Source: an uncultured candidate division Zixibacteria bacterium
GTDB lineage: Bacteria; Zixibacteria; MSB-5A5; SM1-73
Reading direction: 5' to 3'
DNA: 64,000 nucleotides
Assembly (NCBI GenBank): GCA_903908285.1
Contig: CAIVRH010000029.1
Span: 102,037 to 166,036, forward strand
Position numbers and translations under genes: made by a program. This document shows, piece by piece, positions 19,265 through 27,340 of the stretch. Below the pieces are notes generated by a model. It ran no database searches and had not been told where the DNA came from. It saw nothing but the letters and a program-made list of their open reading frames with translations. Each line of letters opens with the position of its first letter. The first letter of the stretch is position 1.

Positions 19265-20190
19265 TTCTTCTCACCTATATCGCAATTACAGTACATATAA
19301 TGCAAAAACACATTTATCAAAGTTCGCGATTCCCTAAGTTCGGGATGCTTGTCAAGTATTGTATCGTAAAGATGCTCAAAAATTTCTTCGAATTTGGCAA
19401 ATTCATTCTTTCTTGTGATTATCTTCCCTTTCAACTCATCAATCGTATTGTAGTAGTAATCTGTATACTTCTTGTTTATCAGCTTCTTTAGGAAAGCTGT
19501 TATTGCATTAAAGGAAGACTCCGAATTTTCCTTGATATATTTAAAATACTCTTCACTCAACTTATTCAGCTCGTTCTTTGTTTCAAGGCTTACATAGTCG
19601 AACGAGTACTTGCTGTCAAATTCCGTAGCAACCTGCTCTCGGTCATTATAAAAAGCTACGATAACATCCCTTATGTCATCAGAGTGTATTCTTAATGGAT
19701 CTCTGAATTTCTCAAGGTTACAAGTTTTTACTATGGCAGGATTCGCATCAAGCCAAAGAGTAATCGCCTCAACTCCAATAATCTCAACATTGGAAATGCT
19801 AAGATTATTCTTGAGATAATCCGTTTGCTGCTGATGTGCTTCAGCAGTAAGTTTTCTGTTTGTGAAAATGAGATAATTATCAACTTCTCCATTTTGTTTT
19901 AACTTCTTAATTTTGGGGATTTCTTTGTCCAATATCTTAGTCTTAAAATCCGCATGAGAACAACTCGAGTTAGGGTTATTAGTCTTTTTTGCCTGAATAA
20001 TAAATTTTCCTGTCCATGGTCTTGCAGCACTTGGATACTGGTTTGAAGTGCCTTCAAACTTCCCATCTCTACCACCATCTGGCCCTTCACTGAAATTTAT
20101 GGTTCCAATTCCCAATATTTTTTGGCAAATATGGATAACCAGATCCTCAAATTTCTGTGTAGAAAGCTCGTGAAGATGATAATCCCTCAT
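19261..20190 (-). CDS. ABC-3C / Lamassu effector with Mrr-like restriction-endonuclease N-terminus (LmuA-like)
   Basis: FEDLV..., GPDGGRDG and IIQAK nuclease motif; C-terminal KNELN.LS and HYMYCNCDIG. Confidence 0.85.
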   Translation of the reverse strand: MRDYHLHELSTQKFEDLVIHICQKILGIGTINFSEGPDGGRDGKFEGTSNQYPSAARPWTGKFIIQAKKTNNPNSSCSHADFKTKILDKEIPKIKKLKQNGEVDNYLIFTNRKLTAEAHQQQTDYLKNNLSISNVEIIGVEAITLWLDANPAIVKTCNLEKFRDPLRIHSDDIRDVIVAFYNDREQVATEFDSKYSFDYVSLETKNELNKLSEEYFKYIKENSESSFNAITAFLKKLINKKYTDYYYNTIDELKGKIITRKNEFAKFEEIFEHLYDTILDKHPELRESRTLINVFLHYMYCNCDIGEKK

Positions 20191-20369
20191 TATAAACACC
20201 TCTTAACGTATACCAAATTACTTATTAATAAACTTATCTTAAAAAAATAGCTGTTAGATTTTGCCGCTTATTTAATCTATTATATTAGAAAGGAGATAAA
20301 AACCAAGAGAAAAAAGCCACTCAAATCTATATTTTGAAACTTGCCCATATCCAGCTTAAATTTGGAAGA

Positions 20370-20427
20370 TCAGGTGTCATGCACACTTGACAAAAAAAAG
20401 TATCAAGAACACGTATCTCCTCATCTA
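20370..20427 (-). repeat. GTAG-hairpin element, copy J (degenerate, long form)
   Basis: TCAGGTGTCATGCACACTTGACAAAAAAAAGTATCAAGAACACGTATCTCCTCATCTA aligns with copies H and I. Confidence 0.6.
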
Positions 20428-20447
20428 TTATTATCTATTCATAAACT

Positions 20448-20475
20448 ATTATAATCATTCATGCCATCTTGTCAA
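20448..20475 (-). promoter_or_regulatory. consensus sigma70 promoter at the head of the accessory array
   Basis: Minus strand TTGACA-16-TATAAT with both hexamers perfect, pointing into the array. Confidence 0.7.
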
Positions 20476-20541
20476 GCACTTAAGAACAGTAATTATGCGT
20501 TTTTACATAATAATTTTTCTAACAAGCGCGGGCTTCGACCA

Positions 20542-21309
20542 CTACTTTATCAACCTTCTCTTCATCAGCTTGATGCCGATGTAGAAAGCGGCGGATTCAA
20601 GGAGAATGATGTATAAAAAGTCCAGCGCCAAGCCCGGAGAAGGCTCGCCGGAGAAAGCGGAGCGGGAGATATTTACCGCATGGGTAAGAGGAAGGAACTT
20701 GGCGAAGAATTTCATCCAACCGGGGAACCGGTCCAGCGGGAAAAATACTCCGGAGAAAAAGAGCATGGGGGTGATAATCAGCTCGGTATAGTAATTGAAG
20801 AAGTCGAAGTTCGGCGCAAACGAGGTTACGATCATCGCCAGCGAGCCGAACAAGATACCGATGAAAACCATCAAGACCAACAGAAGCAGAACGTTGACTA
20901 TCGAGACCGGATATACATGCATGAAAGTGGCAACCACCAGCATGAGCGACCCGCTGATCAATCCCCGGAAAGCTCCCCAGGCGACCTCTCCGGCTATGGC
21001 ATCCTCTGCGGATACGGGGGTGGCTATCAAAGAGTCGAAGAGCTTCTGGTAGGTGACCTTGACGAAGGTGCCGTATAAACACTCGAAAGTCGACGAGAGC
21101 ATCACCGAAGATACCAAAACGCCGGGGACGAGAAAATTCAGATAGGGCTTCCCGCCGAAATACCCCATATATGCGCCCATGCCGATGCCGAAGGTGATCA
21201 GATAGAAGAGCGGCTGCCCCAGACTGACCACGAAGGTGGTGAGAACGAACCTTTTGTATGAAATAAGGTTCCGGTAAAAGACATAATATATGCGGTAAGA
21301 AAGATTCAT
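20542..21309 (-). CDS. ABC-2 type transporter permease (NodJ-like)
   Basis: Six TMs; YL.FL.PG, TPMLFFSGVFFP and LPLTHAV motifs. Confidence 0.92.
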   Translation of the reverse strand: MNLSYRIYYVFYRNLISYKRFVLTTFVVSLGQPLFYLITFGIGMGAYMGYFGGKPYLNFLVPGVLVSSVMLSSTFECLYGTFVKVTYQKLFDSLIATPVSAEDAIAGEVAWGAFRGLISGSLMLVVATFMHVYPVSIVNVLLLLVLMVFIGILFGSLAMIVTSFAPNFDFFNYYTELIITPMLFFSGVFFPLDRFPGWMKFFAKFLPLTHAVNISRSAFSGEPSPGLALDFLYIILLESAAFYIGIKLMKRRLIK

Positions 21310-21431
21310 GTTATGCGTCCTTTAGGGGCAAATGAAACCGAACTCACCCCTTTTATTCCCCTCTCTTAAGAAGAGAGGGGATTCAAGAGTCTACCACGCA
21401 GACTAAAGTCTGCGGCTACCAACCCCCCTAC

Positions 21432-22358
21432 CTATTCGATCAAACTCCTGCCGGTTAGCTTGAGAAAAACGTCTTCCAAAGTGGCCGGGCGGTTCAAGAC
21501 GTTCGGAAGGTTGAAATCCACAATTTTCTTCATCAATTCATGCCCGTCCCGGCAGTAAAAGTAGAGAGTATCCCCCACCCGTTCATGTCCGCAAGCGAGG
21601 TCCGCCATCTGGGCGATCAGCTTTTCATCCTCCTCTTTGGCTATCCTTATTTCGACCACTTCCCTGCCGATCTCGTCGGAGATCAACTGACGGGGTGAAC
21701 CCTCTTTTAAGATTCGCCCCTGGTGCATAACCATCAGACGATCGCAAAGCTGTTCCGCCTCTTCCATATATTGAGTGGTGAGCAACAGGGTAGTGCCCCG
21801 GCTTTTAAGCGATCTCAACCTCTCCCAGATCAGATGCCTGGCTTGCGGATCAAGTCCGGTGGTGGGTTCGTCCGCAATGATCAGCTTCGGATTGTTCAGG
21901 AGCGCCCGGGCAACCAGGAGCCGCCGTTTCATTCCGGTGGAAAGCTCGTCGATCTTACTGTTCCGCTTGCTCTCCAGCTCGACGAAATCGATCAGCTCGT
22001 TAACCCTTTTTTTGCTTTCGATGTGCGGGATATCAAAAAACTTGGCGAAGATCATCAGGTTCTCGTAAACCGTCAGGTCGGGGTCCAAGTTGATCTCCTG
22101 CGGTATCACCCCGGTGATCAGCTTGATCTCCCGGTTGTCGATATGCGACGGCTTGCCTAATACCGTTACCGTGCCGGAGGTGATGGGGGAGACGCAGTGA
22201 ATCATCCGGATGGTGGTGGTCTTACCCGCTCCGTTGGGTCCCAGAAAGCCGAAACACTCCCCTTCGTGGATCTCAAATGAAATGCCGTCCACAGCGGTGA
22301 GGTTACCGTATTTTTTGGTAAGATTTTTCGCGACTATCACAGGATTCTTTGAGTTCAT
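21432..22358 (-). CDS. ABC transporter ATP-binding protein (NodI-like)
   Basis: GPNGAGKTT, LSTGMKRR, DEPTTGLDP, LEDVFLKLTGR. Confidence 0.93.
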   Translation of the reverse strand: MNSKNPVIVAKNLTKKYGNLTAVDGISFEIHEGECFGFLGPNGAGKTTTIRMIHCVSPITSGTVTVLGKPSHIDNREIKLITGVIPQEINLDPDLTVYENLMIFAKFFDIPHIESKKRVNELIDFVELESKRNSKIDELSTGMKRRLLVARALLNNPKLIIADEPTTGLDPQARHLIWERLRSLKSRGTTLLLTTQYMEEAEQLCDRLMVMHQGRILKEGSPRQLISDEIGREVVEIRIAKEEDEKLIAQMADLACGHERVGDTLYFYCRDGHELMKKIVDFNLPNVLNRPATLEDVFLKLTGRSLIE

Positions 22359-22374
22359 ATCCGAAAACCACCTT

Positions 22375-22941
22375 TTACAGGTATCGCCTGACCCGGCTGC
22401 AGTAATTCTTATACTCTTCGCCGAACTCCTTGAACAAATGCCATTCCTCTGCAACAACTATTTTGTGGTGAATCCAGATTACGGCTATGGCCAAGAGCAG
22501 GAAAACCGGATTCATGGTGTATAAAACCGAAGCCAGGATTGTTGCGTACACGCCCAGATACATCGGATGCCGGCTGATTTTGTATAAACCGTCCACTTTT
22601 AGACTGGTGCTCTCCTGCGGAGAACCGAGCCGGAAGGAATTCCCCAGCTTCAATCGGCCGGCGAATAATAACAAGAATCCAAAGACCCATAAACCTAAAG
22701 AAATCCACTTAACCGAAACCGGTCTCCTAATAAAAGGAGGGTTGATTCCCCAAGCGGTTAAAACCATAACACCCCACAAAACAACGATCGTATACTTGCT
22801 GACATAAAAGAGGGTTTTGTCTATAGGCGGCTCACCGTCCATATTTATGTTTTTGCGCCGGAACATTTCTCCGCCACCGAACAAAACTATAAGGAACAGA
22901 ACTGGTAATGCTGTTATCACCAGATGTTCAATCACTGCCAC
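22375..22941 (-). CDS. isoprenylcysteine carboxyl methyltransferase / PEMT family membrane protein
   Basis: GLY..SRHPMYLG and EE..L...FGEEY..YC..V.RY motifs. Confidence 0.85.
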   Translation of the reverse strand: MAVIEHLVITALPVLFLIVLFGGGEMFRRKNINMDGEPPIDKTLFYVSKYTIVVLWGVMVLTAWGINPPFIRRPVSVKWISLGLWVFGFLLLFAGRLKLGNSFRLGSPQESTSLKVDGLYKISRHPMYLGVYATILASVLYTMNPVFLLLAIAVIWIHHKIVVAEEWHLFKEFGEEYKNYCSRVRRYL

Positions 22942-22991
22942 TTTCCTCCAATCAAGTTATAATAAATACATCTTTGCCTTGCCCGTCAATG

Positions 22992-23168
22992 GGGATGTTG
23001 AAAACCCTTTTCAAGGGTATGTGCTTCGTAGGGACAGGGCTTGTTGAGCTTGCGAAATCCCGCTTTTGCGGGGTCCCTGTCCTTACTCTAAAGAGGACAG
23101 CCACAAGGGCTGTCCCTACGATTATCCATATTTTCTAAAAGACACAATAAGATACTTTTCAACAGCCC
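22992..23168. mobile_element. MITE-like element containing a REP doublet
   Basis: Terminal inverted repeats GGGATGTTGAAAA / TTTTCAACAGCCC enclose GTAGGGACAGGGCTTG...GTCCCTGTCC and GGACAGCCACAAGGGCTGTCCCTAC. Confidence 0.6.
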
Positions 23169-23236
23169 AGTCCATGCCCTGATTTAAGGTGGGCAGTGCT
23201 ACTCAGTATGGCTATACTCAGAGTGATAGTTATGAT

Positions 23237-24649
23237 TTATTTCCCTATACAAAACTCAGAAAATATCTTATTCAAAATGTCATCCGTTACCGTTTTCCCC
23301 ACCACTTCACCGATGGCATCCAAAGCCCCCTTGACATCCAAAGCCACAAACTCCGGACTCATCTTATTTTTTACGCTATCCATGGCCAGGGACAAGCTCT
23401 TCTTCGCTCTCAAAAGCGCATCCTTGTGCCGGATGCTGGAAAGAAGCACCCCCTGGGTCTGGTCTTTTTGTAAAACCAGTGAGCTTGACACGATCATGTC
23501 CTTCAGACTATCCAGCCCCTCACCTTTTAATGCTGAAACTTTTACAATTGACTTGTCTTTGAGTTTTTCCATATTCTTCCGGACCAAATCCGCTGAAGCT
23601 ATATCGATTTTGTTGAAAACAAGCAGATATTTGTTTTTTAAAGTTATCATTTCCTGCAGGAGATTCAAGTCCTCTTCATTGATTTCAGATGAAGTGTCCA
23701 TGACCAAAAGGAGCAAATCCGCTTCGCCCATTTCGATTTTGGTCCGTTTGATCCCCTCCAACTCGATGATATCTTTGGAGATTCGATAACCCGCAGTGTC
23801 CACCAATCGCACCGGGATTCCTTTGAAATTGGCGAACTCCGAGATCACATCCCGCGTGGTTCCGGGGATAGGGGTCACGATAGCCCGGTCTTCTTTCAAA
23901 AGAGCATTCAGCAGGCTCGATTTCCCCACGTTGGGTTTGCCGATGATGACAACGTTCAAACCTTCTTTAAGGATTTTCCCCTCATTATATGTGGAAAGCA
24001 AGTCGTTGATCTCGTTTTGAATCGATTGAAGCTCTTCGATTACTTTATCCCCCTCTAATGGCTCGATCTCCTCCTCCGAAAAATCTATTTCCACCTCTAA
24101 CCTGGCTAAAAGATCGATCAACCTGTCCCGATATGAATTGATTTTCTCCGAAAGATCCCCCTTTAGATGCTTTAATCCTAGTTTCAATCCCAAATCGGTC
24201 TTTGCCCGGATCACCTCTGCCACTGCCTCTGCTTGAGAGAGATCGATACGGCCGTTTATGAATGCACGCAAGGTGAATTCCCCCGGCTCCGCCAAACGAA
24301 CCCCACATTTCAAGGTTTGCTCCAACACTTTTGAAACCACCAATTGACCCCCGTGACAGCTGATCTCCACCAGATTTTCGGTGGTATAGCTGTTGGGCGC
24401 TTTAAATACAGTAAGAAGAACCTCATCCACGGTATCGCCGGTTTGCGGATCGATTATTTCCCCGTAAGTAACCCGATGAGAACTTATCTGGCTGACCGGC
24501 TTTTCGCCTTTAAAGATTTTCTCTGCAATTTTGACGGCATCCTTCCCCGAAAGGCGAACGATCCCGATACCCCCCTCCCCCAAAGGAGTGGAGATGGCGG
24601 CTATGGTATCCTCAATTGAAGAAAGATTTCCTGTGTTTCCCTTTGACAT
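23237..24649 (-). CDS. mnmE: tRNA modification GTPase MnmE/TrmE
   Basis: DTIAAISTP.G.GGIGIVRLSG, GKPNVGKSS, GTTRD, DTAG, NKID and the terminal FCIGK. Confidence 0.97.
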   Translation of the reverse strand: MSKGNTGNLSSIEDTIAAISTPLGEGGIGIVRLSGKDAVKIAEKIFKGEKPVSQISSHRVTYGEIIDPQTGDTVDEVLLTVFKAPNSYTTENLVEISCHGGQLVVSKVLEQTLKCGVRLAEPGEFTLRAFINGRIDLSQAEAVAEVIRAKTDLGLKLGLKHLKGDLSEKINSYRDRLIDLLARLEVEIDFSEEEIEPLEGDKVIEELQSIQNEINDLLSTYNEGKILKEGLNVVIIGKPNVGKSSLLNALLKEDRAIVTPIPGTTRDVISEFANFKGIPVRLVDTAGYRISKDIIELEGIKRTKIEMGEADLLLLVMDTSSEINEEDLNLLQEMITLKNKYLLVFNKIDIASADLVRKNMEKLKDKSIVKVSALKGEGLDSLKDMIVSSSLVLQKDQTQGVLLSSIRHKDALLRAKKSLSLAMDSVKNKMSPEFVALDVKGALDAIGEVVGKTVTDDILNKIFSEFCIGK

Positions 24650-24967
24650 GGAAAAAATATAAGTGTTTTGAGATGGAATGTAAAGAGAAGGAAACAAATA
24701 AACCTCTCCCCCTATGTCCCCCTCTCCGTTACACGGAGAGGGGGATTAAAGGGGGTGAGGTTAAGAAAGATTTCCGGAAAAGAAAATGGGCGGGATATTC
24801 GTATGAACGCATACGCGATTCCCGCCCCTATGTTAATGGGATATACCGCAGAGGCATCCTTCGACTTCGCTCAGGACAAAAGTAAAGCCTCTGCTACGCG
24901 GATAGAGTTTTTGTTGGATGATAACATCCAACCAGAGCGGGAAGCAAACCCTTCAACGATTGATTCG

Positions 24968-26635
24968 TTAGCCGCAGGGCACTGGTCCGCTTTTGAATAA
25001 ATAGTTGATCAGATAGACCACATCACCAATACTAATCAACCCATCGGAATTAGCGTCTCCCGCTATAAAAGGATTGGGGACGGGACCACTTTTAAAGAGA
25101 TAGTTAACCACATAGACCACATCCCCCACATCGATCACTTTATCCCCGTTAGCGTCTCCGCATAAATATTCGCTCCCTCCCAGAATCCCCCGGTCGTAAA
25201 CTGAAATCTCCGATGAGTCTTTAGTGCAGGCAAATCCGGCGGAGTCGTGCAGAAATGTGGTCCAGTTGGCGAGTTTTACGTTGTAGCTGCCAGAGGAATA
25301 ATCCGGGTTGGTTTGATCCGGATACCGGGCAATGGGAGTGAGTATGAATTTGGCTGAATACCATGACACCGCCACCGGATCGGTGGAACCTAAGAGCATT
25401 TTCGTATTTTGAACCCAGTTGAGATTATTTGGCCCGTAGGTGGTAGTCCAAGCCGCATCCACGATGCTGAGTCTGGGGAAAGTCGCAGCCATCACCCGTG
25501 CCACCAGGGCATAAGTTCCGAAGAAATAGGTGTTGTGCATGTTGGTCCAGTTTCCGAATCGCTCGGAGGAGTAGGCTGTGGTGAGCATTCCGATCCAGTT
25601 CTTGACCGCAATCGTTGCTCCCGCCAAGCTGTGGGCTTTTAAAACCGGGAAGTCTATTATGCACAACCGGGAATGATCATAGCTTGAAGAGAGAGAATCC
25701 CATACACCGTAACGCATGGAAATATAGTAATCACCGGAAGGAGAGCGGAACTTGGGATAAGTGATCTTGCTGGAACTTTCATAGACATATCCGTCATTAT
25801 AGTCTCCGGTGGAGTATTCGGTGGCAACAACATTCCAGATGTATTTCCAATCGAGATAATATACCGGATACCCTTTGGCACGAAAAGTGTTCACCACATC
25901 CGGGATGGACTGGGCGGTATCTTCCGAGTTGTTATCCTGCTGGTTGATTCCGGTTCCGATGTCCTGGGTATTGTCGCAAACGAGGATTTCACCGGAGAAA
26001 CCGTCGGGATGGTTTAGAATTCGCCAGATCAAACCCTTTACCCGGTCGGCACTGGTGGTGTTTCGTGAAGTCCACTGCCAGTTCCCCTTGATGATTACCA
26101 CGTTATCCGACCCGACAATCCCTTCGGGGTGGACAACTGTTTGATGCAGGTAAGTCCCCTTTTTCTCCATCATCAGAAGCAGGGTGTCGATGGCCGGATC
26201 GGGCAGATATGAGTCGGGCACGGAAGCATTGCCGGCAGCCAGTGATCCGGAGGTGGGGGGAATAGAGTCCAACACAAAAACGGTAGAAACCGGATCGGGA
26301 ACTTCCCAAACCGGAAGCGATGCCAAAGGTTTCACCTGGGATCTGCCAAATTCCGGTAATGCTGCCACAAACCATATAATTCCACCAAGTAGAATCGCGG
26401 CACCACAAAATTTGGCAAATCGACGAAAAAATAAGCTGCCCGCAAAGAACCCTGCCATCGCCAAAAACCAGCTGGCGGCGATGGGCATGGCTGCCCTTTG
26501 ACAGGGATAGGTTAGCCGCTTGGGATTGGTTCCGCTACGGAGCAGAACCCAAAGCAAAGCAACAAATCCGACCAGCCAAATCCAATAATGTTTGATATTG
26601 AAAGTGCGTTTATGTGAATGCATGGCAGACCTCAT
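24968..26635 (-). CDS. DUF362-like protein with C-terminal dockerin type I domain
   Basis: V.IK.N and PVLKAH..AG.T.AVKN..G motifs; two GDAN.D....GD..Y..NYLF dockerin repeats. Confidence 0.75.
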   Translation of the reverse strand: MRSAMHSHKRTFNIKHYWIWLVGFVALLWVLLRSGTNPKRLTYPCQRAAMPIAASWFLAMAGFFAGSLFFRRFAKFCGAAILLGGIIWFVAALPEFGRSQVKPLASLPVWEVPDPVSTVFVLDSIPPTSGSLAAGNASVPDSYLPDPAIDTLLLMMEKKGTYLHQTVVHPEGIVGSDNVVIIKGNWQWTSRNTTSADRVKGLIWRILNHPDGFSGEILVCDNTQDIGTGINQQDNNSEDTAQSIPDVVNTFRAKGYPVYYLDWKYIWNVVATEYSTGDYNDGYVYESSSKITYPKFRSPSGDYYISMRYGVWDSLSSSYDHSRLCIIDFPVLKAHSLAGATIAVKNWIGMLTTAYSSERFGNWTNMHNTYFFGTYALVARVMAATFPRLSIVDAAWTTTYGPNNLNWVQNTKMLLGSTDPVAVSWYSAKFILTPIARYPDQTNPDYSSGSYNVKLANWTTFLHDSAGFACTKDSSEISVYDRGILGGSEYLCGDANGDKVIDVGDVVYVVNYLFKSGPVPNPFIAGDANSDGLISIGDVVYLINYLFKSGPVPCG

Positions 26636-26666
26636 ATTTGCTTGAGGGAGAATTCAACTCGGTCTT

Positions 26667-26848
26667 TTGTCCGAAAGTCCTGAAAGGACATTTCGGACCT
26701 ACAAACTATCCTGTCTAATATAAATTTAACTGAAAATGGAGAAAAATCAAGGGAAATAATCAGATGTCGGATGTAATCCCTTGATTTATATGGTGTTTGA
26801 AAACATAGAGTTTTGTCCGAAAGTCCTCAAGGACATTTCGGACCTACA
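26667..26848. repeat. two GTAG-type REPs (third copy at 62906-62945)
   Basis: TTTGTCCGAAAGTCC....GGACATTTCGGACCTACA at ~26667 and ~26812. Confidence 0.75.
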
Positions 26849-26959
26849 AATACTAAAATAGCTTATGATTTAAGATGGAAGGTAAAGAGAAGAAGACAAA
26901 AACCTCACCCCCTTAATCCCCCTCTCCGTGTCACGGAGAGGGGGACACAGGGGGAGAGG

Positions 26960-27208
26960 TTAAAACAGCTCTTCCACTAACCAGACCAATACTATAATGG
27001 AAATTAACGAATCGATCACTACCAGAAGGGAATATCTCACATCACGCCAAGTGACGTCGGTGGAGAATGGGGATTTGGTCAAGAGAAATTTGAATTTTTC
27101 GCCGGTGCGGGTAACTGCTACCTTCTGCCATCCTACAAGCAGTAAACGAACGATTAATATAAAAAGAAGTGCCAAAATAGCTATCTTGTAGCCAGTGAAA
27201 CCAGGCAT
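26960..27208 (-). CDS. small hypothetical membrane protein
   Basis: 82 aa with two hydrophobic segments. Confidence 0.4.
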   Translation of the reverse strand: MPGFTGYKIAILALLFILIVRLLLVGWQKVAVTRTGEKFKFLLTKSPFSTDVTWRDVRYSLLVVIDSLISIIVLVWLVEELF

Positions 27209-27340
27209 ATAAAATAATTATATCCATGTAAGCTGGGCACAATTGGTATTAACCATGCGGTTCATACCTTGTCCAGTCTTTCGAGAATCCGCCGGGGCTG
27301 GGGAGCCCCGGCTACGATATTATTACCTTCAAACAGATGA

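Noticed and set aside
6704..20427. Hairpin repeats as a CRISPR array
   Set aside because: Spacing ranges from ~120 bp to ~5 kb with whole genes between copies; the copies are degenerate and there are no cas genes.
8281..20692. Duplicated gene fragments as DGR template/variable repeats
   Set aside because: No reverse transcriptase or Avd gene in the window, and the differences are not confined to adenines.
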